Of a stretch of 64,000 nt of DNA, positions 1 through 16,990 are shown piece after piece. Origin of the DNA: the human T2T-CHM13v2.0 reference genome, Homo sapiens; assembly GCF_009914755.1 (NCBI RefSeq), contig NC_060932.1; one strand, written 5' to 3'. The position numbers and the translations under genes are program-made. The first letter of the stretch is position 1. Every line of letters starts with the position of its first letter. The notes beneath the pieces are model-generated. The model was not told the origin of the DNA and did not search any database. It saw only the letters and a program-made list of their open reading frames with translations.

Positions 1-177
1 AATTAAAAACTTCCATTTTTAAATTTTGTGCTTTACTTATTCTGTTATTTCTATGTTTCTCATATTTTACTTCAACATCTAGTTTTTGGCCTGCTACAAC
101 TGATATTGTTTTCATGAAGACCTTAGTTAAGAGGGAGGCTCCTAAGACTGGCGCCTGCTTTGTTCATTAATACTCCT

Positions 178-480
<303 letters not shown>

Positions 481-1024
481 TCAGGGGGCTGTAGTGAGTG
501 CTGTCTTTTACCATCCAGCACTTTTATGGCGAACTGCAACTGAAAAACACATAATCCACAGACCACGTAAGCTTTTCTTTTTTTAACACAACTGTGCCAT
601 TGCAGGTGCAAACAAGAAATGCAGCTTAGCGAGCTCACCACAGGGAGACATCCCTAGAGATGCGTCTCTGGAAAACCTGGCGGCCCCGTGCCCCCACCAC
701 CCAGCCGTGGGCAGTGCCTGGGCAGTACTGTAGCCAGCCTCTCCATACACTCGCAGTCCATTCATTAAATCAGTTATTAAACTGATGCTTAAACTGTAAA
801 ATTATGACTCATTGTAAAGAGCTAACACACGTAATTGTGTGAAGTGGAGTGTAACTCTGTCTCTGGCATGTCCATCGCCAGGGGTTTCCACTGCCCATGA
901 CTTTATCCTGTCCGGACACTTTCGTGTGTGTATAAAAATATACACATATGGGCGTAGTTTACAATAAACATGAGGTCGCACTGCACGCATTACTGTACAA
1001 TTTCCTTTTTTCTCCCAAATATTT

Positions 1025-1650
1025 TGTTAGTTTTCCGTTGCTGTCATAAAAACTGCCACAAACTTAGTGTCTTAAAACAGGGCGTTTATCCTCAGCCAAG
1101 TCCTGCAGGTCATGAGCCAACACGGGTTTCTCTGGGCTAAGGCCGAGGTGTCGGCAGCCTGCCCTCCTTCCGGGTCTCTCTGGGCTAAGGCTGAGGTGTC
1201 GGCCGTTGGCCCTTCTTTCCAGGGATCTGCGTGGGGAGTGGTTTTCTTTCACATCAAGATGTTACAGTTGCGGGACCGAAGCCCCGTGTCCTTGTTGTCA
1301 GCTGAAGTCAGCCCCCTGTTTCCAGAGGCCGCCCACAGGGATGTGTTAGCTCTGGCCCCTGCCTGCATCTTCAGAGCCAGCTGGACGGGGTGTGGGGTCT
1401 CTCTCACTCTGCAGACCCCTCCTGTCTCACGTCCACATCGATCTCCGACTTGCTCTGCCTTCCTCTTCTGCTTTCAATGCTCCTGCGCTGAGAGGGGGCC
1501 TGCCTGGGTCATCAGGAGATTCTCACTACCCCGGGGTCTGCTGGTTAGCAACCTCGATTCCACCTGCAACCTTCATGCCCGCTTGATGTGTAGCGTAACG
1601 TGTTCACAGATGTGGCACCAGCGTGGAAGGCCCTAGGGGTCAGAGTCCCG
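1025..1650 (-). mobile_element. MaLR LTR (MLT1-like), degenerate
   Basis: Typical MLT1 motifs (ccacaaacttagtg-cttaaaaca; ctgggctaa-ggtgtcggcag); boundaries approximate. Confidence 0.65.
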
Positions 1651-3615
1651 CCTGCAGAGGTACCACGTGCGTCCTTCTGTGGCGGACTCTAGGCCCAGAT
1701 GTCACTGGACGGACACACTGCTGCGTGACTTTAACATTACCGTTGGGGAACTGCCTCTATGTTTTTATTACTGCACAGAGTGTTGCAAAGAAAATATTTG
1801 CGAATGCTCAACCACCAGTCTACTTATTGCCAAGGTATCTCTTCTTCTGGGTAGCATCATAAGGGGATTTTCTGGGCATGTGGCTCCCTCTGAAGCTTTT
1901 ATGCTTTCACCTTCATCAGTGCAGCTAAGGAGATTCTGACTAGAATGGAGGTCTTCCAAATTGCTTTTTTCTAATGGGCTGATTATACCCATAATCTATG
2001 CATAGTTTAACCCCTGCCTCTGGAAAGTCCTAGCGGGAGGGGCAAGGATCCCACAGACACTGGCTTATTGCCTGTTTCCCTAAAAACATTACAGGATGCT
2101 TTCTTAAAAACATCCTACTTCCAAAGGGCAGTTTGAGAATCTCCTAATTTTAGGCAGCAAAGCCTTATCCCAAATACTGGTCTCTTTGCAGAAATCCATT
2201 GCCCGTTCATCTATAGGAACTATTTAATTTCAGGAAATAACTTTCTTAGGAGATTTTTATAGATTTGCTTCTCAGGAAAAATAACTTTGCCTATAGTGGT
2301 CTGCCAGCTTCAGGGGGATGGTCTTGAAAAAGGAAAATGGTGATCTGGGGTGAGGCCAGAGAGGAACTGGCTCTTGGGTGGATTTATACATTTTCAGTTG
2401 TTTTCTAATTCATTAACTTCTGCTTTTATTGCTATTTCTTCTTTTGTTTTCTTAGACCTATTTGTTGTTTCATTCTTTATCTGAAAGTATATTTACTAAT
2501 AAAAGTATATAAGGCTATGAATGTTTCTAAGAATATATCTTAGCTACATCACACATATATTGATAGATGATGCTTTTATAGTCACTGTTTTCTAAATACT
2601 CAGCAATTTTGACTTTGATTTCCACTTTGACTCAAGGGGTGAATGAATGAAATGAAGGAGAGATAGGGTTACTATTAAAAATATAGCTACTATTAATTAT
2701 TTTTCTTTCTTTAAATTACTTTTTCAAATTTTTATGATGTGTAAAATTATTTAATAGTGGCCATTTTCTCTTTTCAGGCCCTGCTTTTGGTAGGGAGTTC
2801 GGTTTAGAGACATAAATAAAATACCACGATTTTTTTCCATTTCTAATTATATGAAGTCTTAACTTTCCAAAACAGTTAAGTCATTCATGATAACACTCAG
2901 AGCCACAAAATGCATTTACTAGCTCTTCACTATACCAATGAGCTACTTTTCTGAGTTTTCCTGTAACTGTGACACGTGCATTCCTGCCCCATAACCAAGG
3001 GCCTTACCTGAGTTCATCACGTGACTCCTAATAGAGTTCTGGTAGCACAATAGAAAAATAATTTTTCACATTCGCACGATGAAGAGTGTTCAGAACAACC
3101 ATTCCTTAAATATGAGTCACTCTCTTTACTGTCATAGCCTTCAGAATGTCTAACAGCAGCAGCACGGATAGTTCAGCTAAATACTTCTGTATTTTTAGCT
3201 GAAAAAATTCATGCAAGGCTTTCTGTTCATGTCTCTTAATCTAATGGCTATTGAAGGTGCGACCTTCGAGATTCCAGAGAATGTACTGAATGAAGAGAAC
3301 AGAGCAAAAAAGAGTCCAATCTGTAAGATCTGAGGACACAGTTAAGTGGAATCACACCATTAGTAGAACCCGGTGCTAACCTTGAAGCAGCAGCGAGTTT
3401 TACTAAACAGCTCATCTTATATGTAATTCTCCCCAATAGTAAAGACAATGTGTTCTATGAGTTCATTGTCTTCTTTGGCGTATGATGCCTAATATATGAA
3501 TTTTTTCATTTATTCATTCAGTAAGTAAATATGTATTAAGGACTGAATAGATAAATAAAATAATTGTCAAGTAAATAATATGTGTGCAGACTGTTAAAAC
3601 ATTAACAGTGTTTAA

Positions 3616-3914
<299 letters not shown>

Positions 3915-4050
3915 AGTTTGGAGGGAAATCTGCCTTACTCAAAATCTGCCAGTGTGAGCATTAATCTCTTGTAAAACACACCTTCACATTCAGGTATTTG
4001 AGCAAATGCCATGGTACCATATCCTAGTTGACACACACAAACTATCACAC
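3915..4050 (-). mobile_element. MLT2-like LTR fragment
   Basis: Ends gttgacacacacaaactatcaca, similar to the reverse complement of the MLT2 5' terminus. Confidence 0.5.
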
Positions 4051-4438
4051 ACAGCAATGAAAACTAATAATGTATGAATGCACAGTAATCCCAATGGTGG
4101 TTATCTCTGGGTTTGTGGTTGAATTGTATTTTCTTTTAAATATTTTCCAAGTTTTCTGCAAAAAGCATGTAGCACTAAAATAAGAAAAGATAACTGAAAA
4201 ACATTAGTTTCGTTGTCTTCTAGGCCCCCTAGCAACCTATAAGTACAGTTTTTCCAATAGTAACACTGCATTTAAAAACAAATTATCCTTGTATTGCAGT
4301 TACCATAGTAATAAATTTGTGATCAACAGCTTTATTTTACTTTTCAGCTATGAGTGGAACAATAATTCTGTGTGTTTCAAAGCCTCAGAAATGAAACTTA
4401 TTCCTTGCATGTTGCCACATTTTGTGTCTCCAAGGTAA

Positions 4439-4690
4439 TTTTTTTTGAGGTAGGGTCTTGCTGTGTTGCCCAGGCTGGAGTGCAGTGGGAGGATCACAGC
4501 TCCCTGCAGCCTCAACCTCCCCAGGCTCTAATCCTCTCACCGCAGCCTCCCCAGTATCTGGGACTACAGGCTTGCGCCACCATGCCCAGCTAATTTTTGT
4601 TTTTGTTTTTGTTATTGTTCGTAGAGATGGGGTTTCATCACGTAGCCCAGGCTGGTCTCAAACTCCTGGGCTCAAGCAATCCACCCGCCC
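4439..4690 (-). mobile_element. AluJ-like SINE, 5' truncated
   Basis: Reverse Alu with J-type ctcctgggctcaagc. Confidence 0.85.
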
Positions 4691-4889
4691 AAGGCTGTTT
4701 TTAAAGAAGATGTACAGTAAGGGAATACGTAGAGACAGAACCACATCACAGGGAGTGGTTGGGGTTTGCTGTTAGCACCGGGGAACCCCTTGCCTTGATG
4801 GAGGGTGAGGAATGCGCATTTGAGTATTGCTAGAAGCTTTCTGAGGTCACTTCTGACCCCGCAACACCATTTACATTTGGGGGATGGAC

Positions 4890-5295
4890 TGTACTAGTTT
4901 CTGGGGCTGCCATAACAAAGTACCACACACAGCGTGGCTTAAAACAATAGAAATTTACCCTCTCCAGTTCTGGGAGCCAGAAGTCTGAAATCAAGGTGTG
5001 GGCAAGGCCTCGCTCCCTGCACGTCTCTAGGGGAGGATCCCTCCTTCCGCCTCAGTGTCCGTGGCTGTGGCTGCATCACTCCACCCTCGGCCTCTGCCTC
5101 CCAGGACCTTCCCCATCTTCGTCCCTTCTCCTCTTCTCATAAGAGCACTGTCATCCTCGGAGCCCACTCCGGTGACCTCATCTCAACTCATTTCGTCTGC
5201 AGTGACCCTATTTCCAAGCGAGGTCATGTTCTGAGGCACTGGGGGTGAGGATCTCCATGGACCTCTTCTACAGGGAGACACAGTTCAGGCCGTAC
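4890..5295 (-). mobile_element. MaLR LTR (MLT1B/C-like)
   Basis: gctgccataacaaagtaccac...gaagtctgaaatcaaggtgt motifs. Confidence 0.7.
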
Positions 5296-8049
5296 CAGAA
5301 GCAATCGCGTCGCCAGGATAATGAAGTATGCATAAAATGGCACCCCTCTATCTTGGTAATTATCAGACACTGTTTCTGAAACTTATTTCCATCTCCGTGT
5401 TGGCTTTTCTCTTCCGGAATGTATGGTCAAATATAGGATGTCATTTCTCCAGCTGGGTGACCATGGTGATTTTGCTGCTGACTACTGGAAGGGAAGCACG
5501 GATTACTCAGCTGAAACCTGATTTCCTTTCCTCAGTTATCTGTCTTCAAATCAGTTTAGCGATTGTTGGTGATTCTTCATGAAGAGCAGTAACTTTAGCT
5601 GGCTAAAATAAAGAGAAATGTGTACTCCACACTCTCAAATTCCACTTTAATTTCATGATTAACTGAGTTTGTAGTTCTAAGAAATTGGTTGCTCAAAATC
5701 TTGTTCTGTCCTATTCACTTGAAAATGGGAATCCCACCTCTGTGCTCCTGGGTCCTGAGGGGCATTCCTTCCTCCCCATCCCGTTCGGAGGCTCCCTCTG
5801 GTCCAGAGCAGACAGCCCCTTGCATCCCTGAGCCCCACCCCTGGCAGAGGCCTTCACTGTCAATGTCATTACCAGGGACTGGTGGATCTCTATCCCTTAA
5901 CCATTCTTTAAGCCACCTTAAAGAAGCCATCTTCAATGGTGTTGGAGGACCAAGCAAAACATATGTGCTTCTAGTCTTGGGATAATTAAGGAAGCTCAAA
6001 ACATGAGGATGTAGATATGAAAACATCTTACACATTCTTGCCCTTCCGTGCTCGGGACCCAACCCCATGCCGGCAGCTGCAGAACTGGGTGCACTCAATC
6101 TCAGGTGCAGCCCATGAAGACACCAGCCCTTAGCCCTGTCCAGACAGACCTGATGTCTTTTAACCTTCAGTCTGTTTTCCTATTCAAAGTTCTGTTCTTC
6201 CCTTCCCTCTGCAAAGCCCAAACATTAATTTCTAGGGACTTACAGGGAAGGGAGGTTAGAGCATGGGGGTCACTCACACCCCCTCCCCCTCCCTCTTCCT
6301 AACACTGGCTCCATCTGGGCCAGGTGGGAAGGAGGATGGAGGAGAAAGAAGGCTCTTGACTGAGCAAAAAGAAAGGGCCCTCCTGGTCTCTGGTCACTGC
6401 TTCTCTAAGACTGGACGTTGGACTGGGCATTTTTCAATTCTTTTGAGTTTCCTGATGGGGTCTTCCCCTCCTTTCTTTTCTAACATGGAGAGATGGCTCA
6501 GCCTCCCCTTTCCTGCCTAACCCCCTCCTCCCACTCCACCTCCACCTCCACTGTTCACCCCTGCAGCCTATTTGTGGGGTACGTTTCTTTGGGACTCACT
6601 GTGGGTAAAATGACCCACACCCGATACTTGTCACACATCTACTTGACCTGCAGGAAATATGCGTGTGATTGCTCTACCCAAAGGCGGGTGTGCAGCCAGT
6701 TTACACCCCACACACCCGCGTATCTCCTGGCCCCACATCACACCCAACTGCATCCTGGATCTCCAGCGGGAGGCCCTCACCCATCCCCAGCAGAGGGAAA
6801 CCCTGCTGCCCTTCACGTTTGTGGATTCTGAAGCCCTCGCTTGGCCTCTGCGTCAATAATTCTGACATGAACTACAAACTCCCACGGACTCCCAGGGAGG
6901 TTCCTCCCACCCGGGGCGGTGGATGGAGGAGGAGCGGAGGGAGGAGGTGGCATGCAGACAGGCCTTGGAAATCCGAGCACATTTTCCTGGATCTAGCTTC
7001 ATGCCTCCTGCCACACGATTCTGCTGGGAGCTGGGGCAGTGAGTATCCAGTCTCATTTATCCCTTATCCACCATGGCCCTTGTTGGGCCCAGACACACAA
7101 ACAGCTGCGATGGGTGCAGAGCAAGGTGCCCCAGCACACGCCCGCCCAGGCTTACCTAACGGGGCCATCTCCTGGCCGCAGCTCTCCATGGTTCCCCACT
7201 GCCAGTTTAGTCCAGTTCACATTTACCAAGATCCTTCACAAAATACGCCCCCATCGGCTGTTTCTTATTAGTCTAAGGTTGATTATGTTCGATTATGTTC
7301 AGTAAAAATCTTTAATTATGAAAACTCTGAAAATCTTCACATACTATTTTTTATCCCTTTCTAACATCTTTATATTGACGATTGGCCTGACGTGTGCCTC
7401 TGGCCCCCTTGACTTTACCCCTGTGTTTCTGCTTGGAAAGGGCTCCCTGAAGTGCAAATATGGTCCTGTTGCACATTTGCCCCCTGAAGCTCTGGAAAGC
7501 GGTCCCCAAATCCCATCCGGATGTAACTGGAAGGAAATTCCAACATCCTCCTAGTCCAGCCGAGGGGGTTCCCACCACGGATTTCCTTTTCAGGGCTCCC
7601 ATTGCATTACTGGACAACTTCTAACTATTGAAAATTTTCCATTGGGAGAATTCTCCGTGTGTCATTTTTCTGTAGTTCCATTTAATGCACTGATAGTTAT
7701 TTTTTATCTTCTGTGTTTTCTCTACTTCCTGATTAAATTATGACCTCCTCAAATGGAAGGGCAATATAAACTCATTTCTTTTTATTATCCCACAGTAATT
7801 GTCAGGCTCAGACTTCTCTGTGAGCATCACCGACTGACCAGGGTACCGCTGGCTGGGATGTTACATGGAGCAGTTACACTAGCATTTTAGTTTCAAATGG
7901 ATGCAGATTCAGCAAACACTTTGATTATCTAAAATCACAGCAGGATGATAGATTTTACTGTCTACTGATCCTTACATTTATATTATGAAGTACTCAAATT
8001 ATTTATTAATTCAGCATTTGTGATTATACATTGCAATAGTAAAAATCTT

Positions 8050-9605
<1,556 letters not shown>

Positions 9606-9606
9606 C

Positions 9607-9722
9607 AGATGGGGTTTCACCATGTTGGCCAGGCTGATCCTGAACTCCTGACCTCAAGTGATCTGCCCACCTCGGCCTCCCAAAGTGCTGGGATTACAGT
9701 TGTGAGCCACCGCGCCCGGCCA
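9607..9722 (-). mobile_element. Alu left-arm fragment
   Basis: Reverse complement of the Alu 5' ~115 nt. Confidence 0.9.
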
Positions 9723-9991
9723 GGTCACACTCTCTTATAATGACTAATAGAACTAGAGTTTAACTGCCAAAAATATAGTTTTTTTAAAAAAAAGTTAAAC
9801 ATTTTAAAAGTCGAACACTCATTCCTGCCCCTGCTCTTTCTCTGTGCTCTACCTCCTGCCAGCCATGCCCCCTGGGCACAGCCAATTCTGTCCCACCTCT
9901 GACTTCTTCCTGCCACTCACTCGGGTCTCCAGCTGTCAGCAGGACCATCGTGGGGTCACTCCACTAACTGGCCTCCCGCTTCCCATCTTGA

Positions 9992-10276
<285 letters not shown>

Positions 10277-10379
10277 TAAACTTTTTATTGGCAAATAACA
10301 TAAATAACATACAAAAGAGAAGAAACAATAGGTTCCCAACTCAAAAATCCTCCCAAATACTGAAGTCAAGAAATAGGTC

Positions 10380-10689
<310 letters not shown>

Positions 10690-10861
10690 AAGAAATAGGT
10701 CATTCCGGAAGCCCCCAGCGAGCTCCCCACCCAGTTACTCCCTTCTTCCCAAATTCACCACTACCCTGCCTATTATTATTTTTTAACTATAAATATTTAT
10801 TTAGTAGTCTGAACTAAGTGCTAAATGAAATTGAAATGTATTTTATTCTTTTTTTAATAGT

Positions 10862-13800
10862 AATTTTTTTTTAATTTTATTATTATTATACTTTAAGTTT
10901 TAGGGTACATGTGCACAACGGGCAGGTTTGTTACATATGTATACATGTGCCATGTTGGTGTGCTGTACCCATTAACTCGTCATTTAGCATTAGGTGTAAC
11001 CCCTAATGCTATCCCTCCCCTAGCCCCCCACCCCCCAACAGGCCCCTGTGTGTGATATTCCCTTCCCTGTGTCCATGGGTTCTCATCGTTCATCTCCCAC
11101 TTATGAGTGGCAACATGCAGTATTTGGTTTTCTGTTCCTGTGTTAGTTTGCTGAGAATGATGGTTTCCAGCTTCATCCATGTCCCTGCAAAGAACATGAA
11201 CTCATCCTTTTTTATGGCTGCATAGTATTCCATGGTGTATATGTGCCACATTTTCTTTATGCAGTTTATCATTGATGGTCATTTGGGTTGGTTCCAAGTC
11301 TTTGCTATTGTGAATAGTGCTGCAATAAACATACATGTGCATGTGTCTTTATAGTAGAATGATTTGTAATCCTTTGGGTATATACCCAGTAATGGGATTG
11401 CTGGGTCAAATTGTATTTCCAGTTCTAGATCCTTGAGGAATCACCACACGGTCTTCCAGAATGGTTGAACTAACTTATACTCCCACCAACAGTGTAAAAG
11501 CGTTCCTATTTTTCCTTATCATCTCCAACATCTGTTGTTTCCTGGCTTTTTAATGATCGTCATTCTAACTGGCATCAGATGGTATCTCATTATGGTTTTG
11601 ATTTGCAGTTCTCTAATGACCAGTGATGATGAGCTTTTTTTCATATGTTTGTTGGCCTCATAAATGTCTTCTTCTGAGAAATACCTGTTCATATCCTTCA
11701 CCCACTTTATGATTGGGTTGTTAGGTTTTTTTTTCTTGTAAATTTGTTAAAGTTCCTTGTAGATTCTGGATATTAGCCCTTTGTCAGATAGATAGATTAC
11801 AAACATTTTCTCCCATTCTGTAGGTTGCCTGATAGTTTCATTTGCTGTGCAGAAGTTATTTACTTTCATTAGATCCCATTTGTCAATTCTGGCTTTTGTT
11901 GCCATTGCTCTTGGTGTTTTAGTCATGAAGTCTTTACCAGTGCCTGTGTCCTGAATGGTATTGCCTAGGTTTTCTTCTAGGCTTTTTATGGTTTTAGGTC
12001 TTATGTTTAAGTCTTTTATCCATCTTGAGTTAATTTTAGTATAAGGTGTAAGGAAGGAGTCCAGTTTCAGTTTTCTGCATATAGCTAGCCAGTTTTCCCA
12101 ACAGCATTTATTAAATATGGAATCCTTTCCCCATTGTTTGTTTTTGTCAGGTTTGTCAAAGATCAGATGGTCGTAGATGTGTGGTGTTATTTCTGATGCC
12201 TCTGTTCTGTTCCATTGGCCTATGTATCTGTTTTGATACTAGTACCATCCTGTTTGGTTACTGTGGCCTTGTAGTATAGTTTGAAGTCAGCTGGTGTTCT
12301 TTGTCAGCTTTGTTCTTTTTGCTTAGGATTGTCTTGGCTATATGGACTCTTTTTTGATTCCATATGAAATTTAAAGTAGTTTTTTTTTTTCCTAATTCTG
12401 TGAAGAAAGTCAATGGGAGCTTGATGGGGATAGCATGGAATCTATAAATTACTTTGGGCAGTATGGCCATTTTCACAATATTGGTTCTTCCTATCCATGA
12501 TCATGGAATGTTTTTCCATTTATTTGTGTCTTCTCTTATTTCCTTGAGTGGTGGTTTGTAGTTCTCCTTGAAGAGGTCCTTCACATCCCTTGTAAGTTGG
12601 ATTCCTAGGTATTTTATTCTCTTTGTAGCAATTGTGAATGAGAGTTCACTCATGATTTGGCTCTCTGTTTGTCTGTTATTGGTGTATAGGAATGCTTGTG
12701 ATTTTTGCACATTGATTTTGTATCCCGAGACTTTGCTAAAGTTGCTTATCGGCTTAAGGAGATTTAGGGCTGGGACAATGGGGTTTTCTACATATACAAT
12801 CATGTCATCTGCAAACAGAGAGAATTTGACTTTCTCTTTTCCTATTTGAATACCTTTTATTTCTTTCTCTTGTCTGATTGTCCTGACCAGAACATCCATC
12901 ACTATGTTGAATAGGAATGGTGAGACAGGGCATCCCTGTCTTGTGCCAGTTTTCAAAGGGAATGCTTCCAGTTTTTGCCCATTCAGTATGATATTGGCTG
13001 TGGGTTTGTCATAAATAGCTCTTATTGAGATACTTCACATCAATACCTAGTTTATTGAGAGCTTTTAGCATGAAGCAGTGTCGAATTTTATTGCAGGCCT
13101 TCTCTACATCTATTGAGATAATCACGTGGTTTTTGTCATTGGTTCTGTTTATGTGATAGATTATGTTTACTGATTTGCATATGTTGAACCAGCCTTGCAT
13201 CCCAGGGATGAAGCCGACTTGATCGTGGTGGATAAACTTTTTGATGTGCTGCTGTATTCAGTTTGCCAGTATTTTATTGAGGATTTCTGCATCCATGTTC
13301 ATCAGGGATATAGGCCTGAAGTTTTCTGTTTTTGTTGTGTCTCTGCCAGGTTCTGGTATCAGGATGATGCTGGCCTCATAAAATGAGTTAGAGAGGAGTC
13401 CGTCTTTTTCTATTGTTTGGAATAATTTCAGAAGGAATGGTACCAGCTCCTCTTTGTACCTCTGGTAGAATTTGGCTGTGAATCCATCTGATCCTGGGCT
13501 TTTTTTTGTTGGTAGGCTATTAATTACTGCCTCAATTTCAGAACTTGTTATTGGTGTATTCAGGGATTTGACTTATTCCTCATTTAGTCTTGGGAGGGTG
13601 TATGTTTCCAGGAATGTATCAGTTTCTTCTAGATTTTCTAGTTTATTTGTGTAGAGGTGTTTATAGTGTTCTCTGATTGTAGTTTGTATTTCTGTGGGAT
13701 CAGTGGTGATCTCCCCTTTATCATTTTTTATTGTGTCTATTTGATTGTTCTCTGTTTTCTTCTTTAATAGTCTGGGTAGTGGTCTATCTATTTTGTTAAT

Positions 13801-16578
13801 CTTTTCAAAAAACCAGCTTCTAGATTCATTGATTTTTTTTGAAGGGTTTTTCATGTCTCTATCTCCTTCAGTTCTTCTCTAATCTGAGTTATTTCTTGTC
13901 TTATCTTAGCTTTTGAATTTGTTTGCTCTTGCTTCTCTGGTTCTTTTAATTGTGATTTTAGGGTGTTGATTTTAGATCTTTCCCACTTTCTCCTGTGGGC
14001 ATTTGGTGCTATAAATTTTGCTCTAAACACTGCTTTAGCTGTGTCCCAGAGATTCTGGTATGTTGTGTCGTTGTTCTTGTTGGTTCCAAAGAACTTATTT
14101 ATTTTTCCCTTAATTTCGTTATTTACCCAGTAGTCATTCAGGAGCAAGTTGTTCAGTTTCCATGTAGTTGTGCAGTTTTGAGTGAGATTCTTAATCCTGA
14201 GTTCTAATTTGATTGCACTGTGGTCGGAGAGACTGTTATGATTTCCATCCTTTTGCATTTGCTGAGGAGTGTTTTACTCCCAATTATGTGGTCAGTTTTG
14301 GAATAAGTGTGATATGGTGCTGAGAAGAATGTATATTCTGTTGATTTAGGGTGGAGAGTTATGTAGATGTCAATTGGGTCTGCTTGGTCCAGAGCTGAAT
14401 TGCAGTCCTGAATATCATTGTTAATTTTCTGTCTCATTGATCTAATATTGACAGTGAGGTGTGAAAGTCTCCCATTATTATTGTATGGGAGTCTAAGTCT
14501 CTTTGTAGGTCTCTAAGAACTTGATTTATGAATCTGGGTCCTCCTGTATTGGGTGCTCCTGTATTGAGTGCATATATATTTAGGATAGTTAGCTCTTCTT
14601 GTTGCGTTGATCCCTTTACGATTATGTGATGCTCTTCTTTGTCTTTTTAGATCGTTGTTGACTTAAAATTTGTCTTATCAGAGACTAGGATTGCAACTCC
14701 TGCTTTTTTTGCTTTCCGTTTGCTTGGTAAATATTCCTCCATCCCTTTATTTTGAGCCTATGTGTGTCTTTGTACATGAGATGGGTCTCCTGAATACAGC
14801 ACACTAATGGGCCTTGACTGTATCCAATTTGCCAGTTTGTGTCTTTTAACTGGGACATTTAGCCTGTTTACATTTAACATTAATATTGTTATATATGAAT
14901 TTGATCCTGTCATTATGATGCTAGCCGGTTATTTTGCCCATTAATTGATGCAATTTCTTCATAGTGTCGATGGTCTTTACAATTTGGTATGTTTTTGCAG
15001 TGGCTGGTACCGGTTTTTGCTTTCCATGTTTAGTGGTTCCTTCAGGAGCTCTTGTAAGGCAGGCCTGGTGGTGATAATATCTCCCAGCATTTGCTTGTGT
15101 GTAAAGGATTTGATTTCTCCTTCACTTATGAAGCTTAGTTTGGCTGGATATGAAAATCTGGGTTGAAAATTCTTTTTTTTAAGAATGTTGAATATTGGCA
15201 CCCACCCTCTTCTAGCTTTTAGCATGTCTGCAGAGATATCCACTGTTAGTCTAATGGGCTTCCCTTTGTGGGTAACCTGACCTTTCTCTCTGGCTGCCCT
15301 TATCATTTTTTCCTTCATTTCAACCTTGGTGAATCCGACGATTATGTGTCTTGGGGTTGCTCTTCTCAAGGAGTAACTTTGTGGTGTTCTCTGTATTTCC
15401 TGAATTTGATTGTTGGCCTTTCTTGCTAGGTTGGAGAAGTTCTCCTGGATTATATCCTGAAGAGTGTTTTCCAGCTTGGTTCCGTTCTCCCCGTCACTTT
15501 CAGGTACATTAATCTAATGTAGGATTGGTCTTTTCACATTGTCCCATATTTCTTGGAGGCTTTGTTTGTTCCTTTTTGTTCTTTTTTCTCCAATCTTGTC
15601 TTCACACTTTATTTTAATAAGGTGATGCTTCAATTTCTGATATCCTTTCTTCATTTGATTGATTCAGCTATTGATACTTGTGTATGCTTCACGAAGTTCT
15701 CATGCTGCGTTTTTCAGCTCCATCAGGTAATTTATGTTCTTCTCTAAACTGGTTATTCTAGTTAGCAATTCCTGTAACCTTTTTTCAAGGTTCTTAGCTT
15801 CCTTGTGTTGGGTTAGAACATACTCCTTTAGCTTGGAGGAGTTTATTACCCACTTTCTGAAACCTACTTCTATAATTTGCCAAACTCATTCTCTGTCCGG
15901 TTCTGTTCCCTTGCTGGTGAGGAGTTGTGATCGTTTGGAGGAGAAGAGGCTTTCTGGTTTTTGGAATTTTCAACCTTGTTGTGCTGGTTTTTCCTCATCT
16001 TCATGGATTTATCTATCTTTGTTCTTTGATGCTGGTGACTTTCGGATAGGGTTTTGGTGTAGACGTCCTTTTTATTGATGTTGATGCTATTACTTTCTGT
16101 TTGATAGTTTTCTTTCTAACCATCAGGCCCCTCTTCTCAGGTCTGCTGGAGTTTGCTAGAGGTCCACTCCAGACCCTGTTTGCCTGGGTATCACCAGTGG
16201 AGGTTGCCGAACAGCAAAGATTGCTGCCTGTTCCTTCCTCTGGAAGCTTCGTCCCAGAGGGACTCCTGCCAGATGCCAGCCAGAGCTCTCCTGTGTGATG
16301 TATCTGTTGATCCCTGCTGGGAGATGTCTCCCCATCAGGAGACAAGAGGGTCAGGGGCCCACTTGAGGAGGCACTCTGTCCCTTAGCAGAGCTCGAGCGC
16401 TGTGCTGGGAGAGCTGCTGCTCTCTTCAGAGCCGAGAGGCAGAAACGTTTACGTCTGCTGAAGCTGCACCCACAGCCGCCCCTTCCCCCAGGTGCTCTGT
16501 CCCAGAGAGATGGGAGTTTTATCTATAAGCCCTGACTGGGGCTGCTGCCTTTCTTTGAGAGATGCCCTGCCCAGAGAG
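10862..16578 (-). mobile_element. Near full-length inactive LINE-1 (L1PA7-like), 5' UTR truncated
   Basis: Fragmented ORF1 (RRATPRHII...YPAKLS) and ORF2 (FADD RT motif, EN and C-terminal pieces) on the minus strand; L1PA7-type 3' UTR body. Confidence 0.9.
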
Positions 16579-16943
16579 CAGTTTTACAGGCTTTTTACAG
16601 ACAGATCAGACCGAGTCCCTGAAAACTCCGTGACAGATGTTTGTCACATTGAAAGTAAAATGGAGCCTCTCCGCCTCGGCCCACAAACGTCTCCATTATG
16701 AGACCAAGCCTGGTCTGCTCGTTCACCACTCTGGTCTTTAATTTCCTCAAATGCTCAGATCTCTCTCGTAGCTTAGGGTCTTTGGAGTTGCTGTTTCCTC
16801 TCCCTAAATGGTTCCTCTCAATCCTTGCATAATTAGTCATTGAGATATCAGCTTAAATAGCACCTGTTCAGTGAGACATTTTTTTCACCAGGCAATCTGA
16901 GGTAGCTATGTAGTCACTTTTGATCCTAAAACCTTAATTTAAC

Positions 16944-16946
<3 letters not shown>

Positions 16947-16989
<43 letters not shown>
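16947..16989. repeat. (GT)n microsatellite, ~21 units
   Basis: Perfect dinucleotide run. Confidence 0.97.
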
Positions 16990-16990
<1 letters not shown>

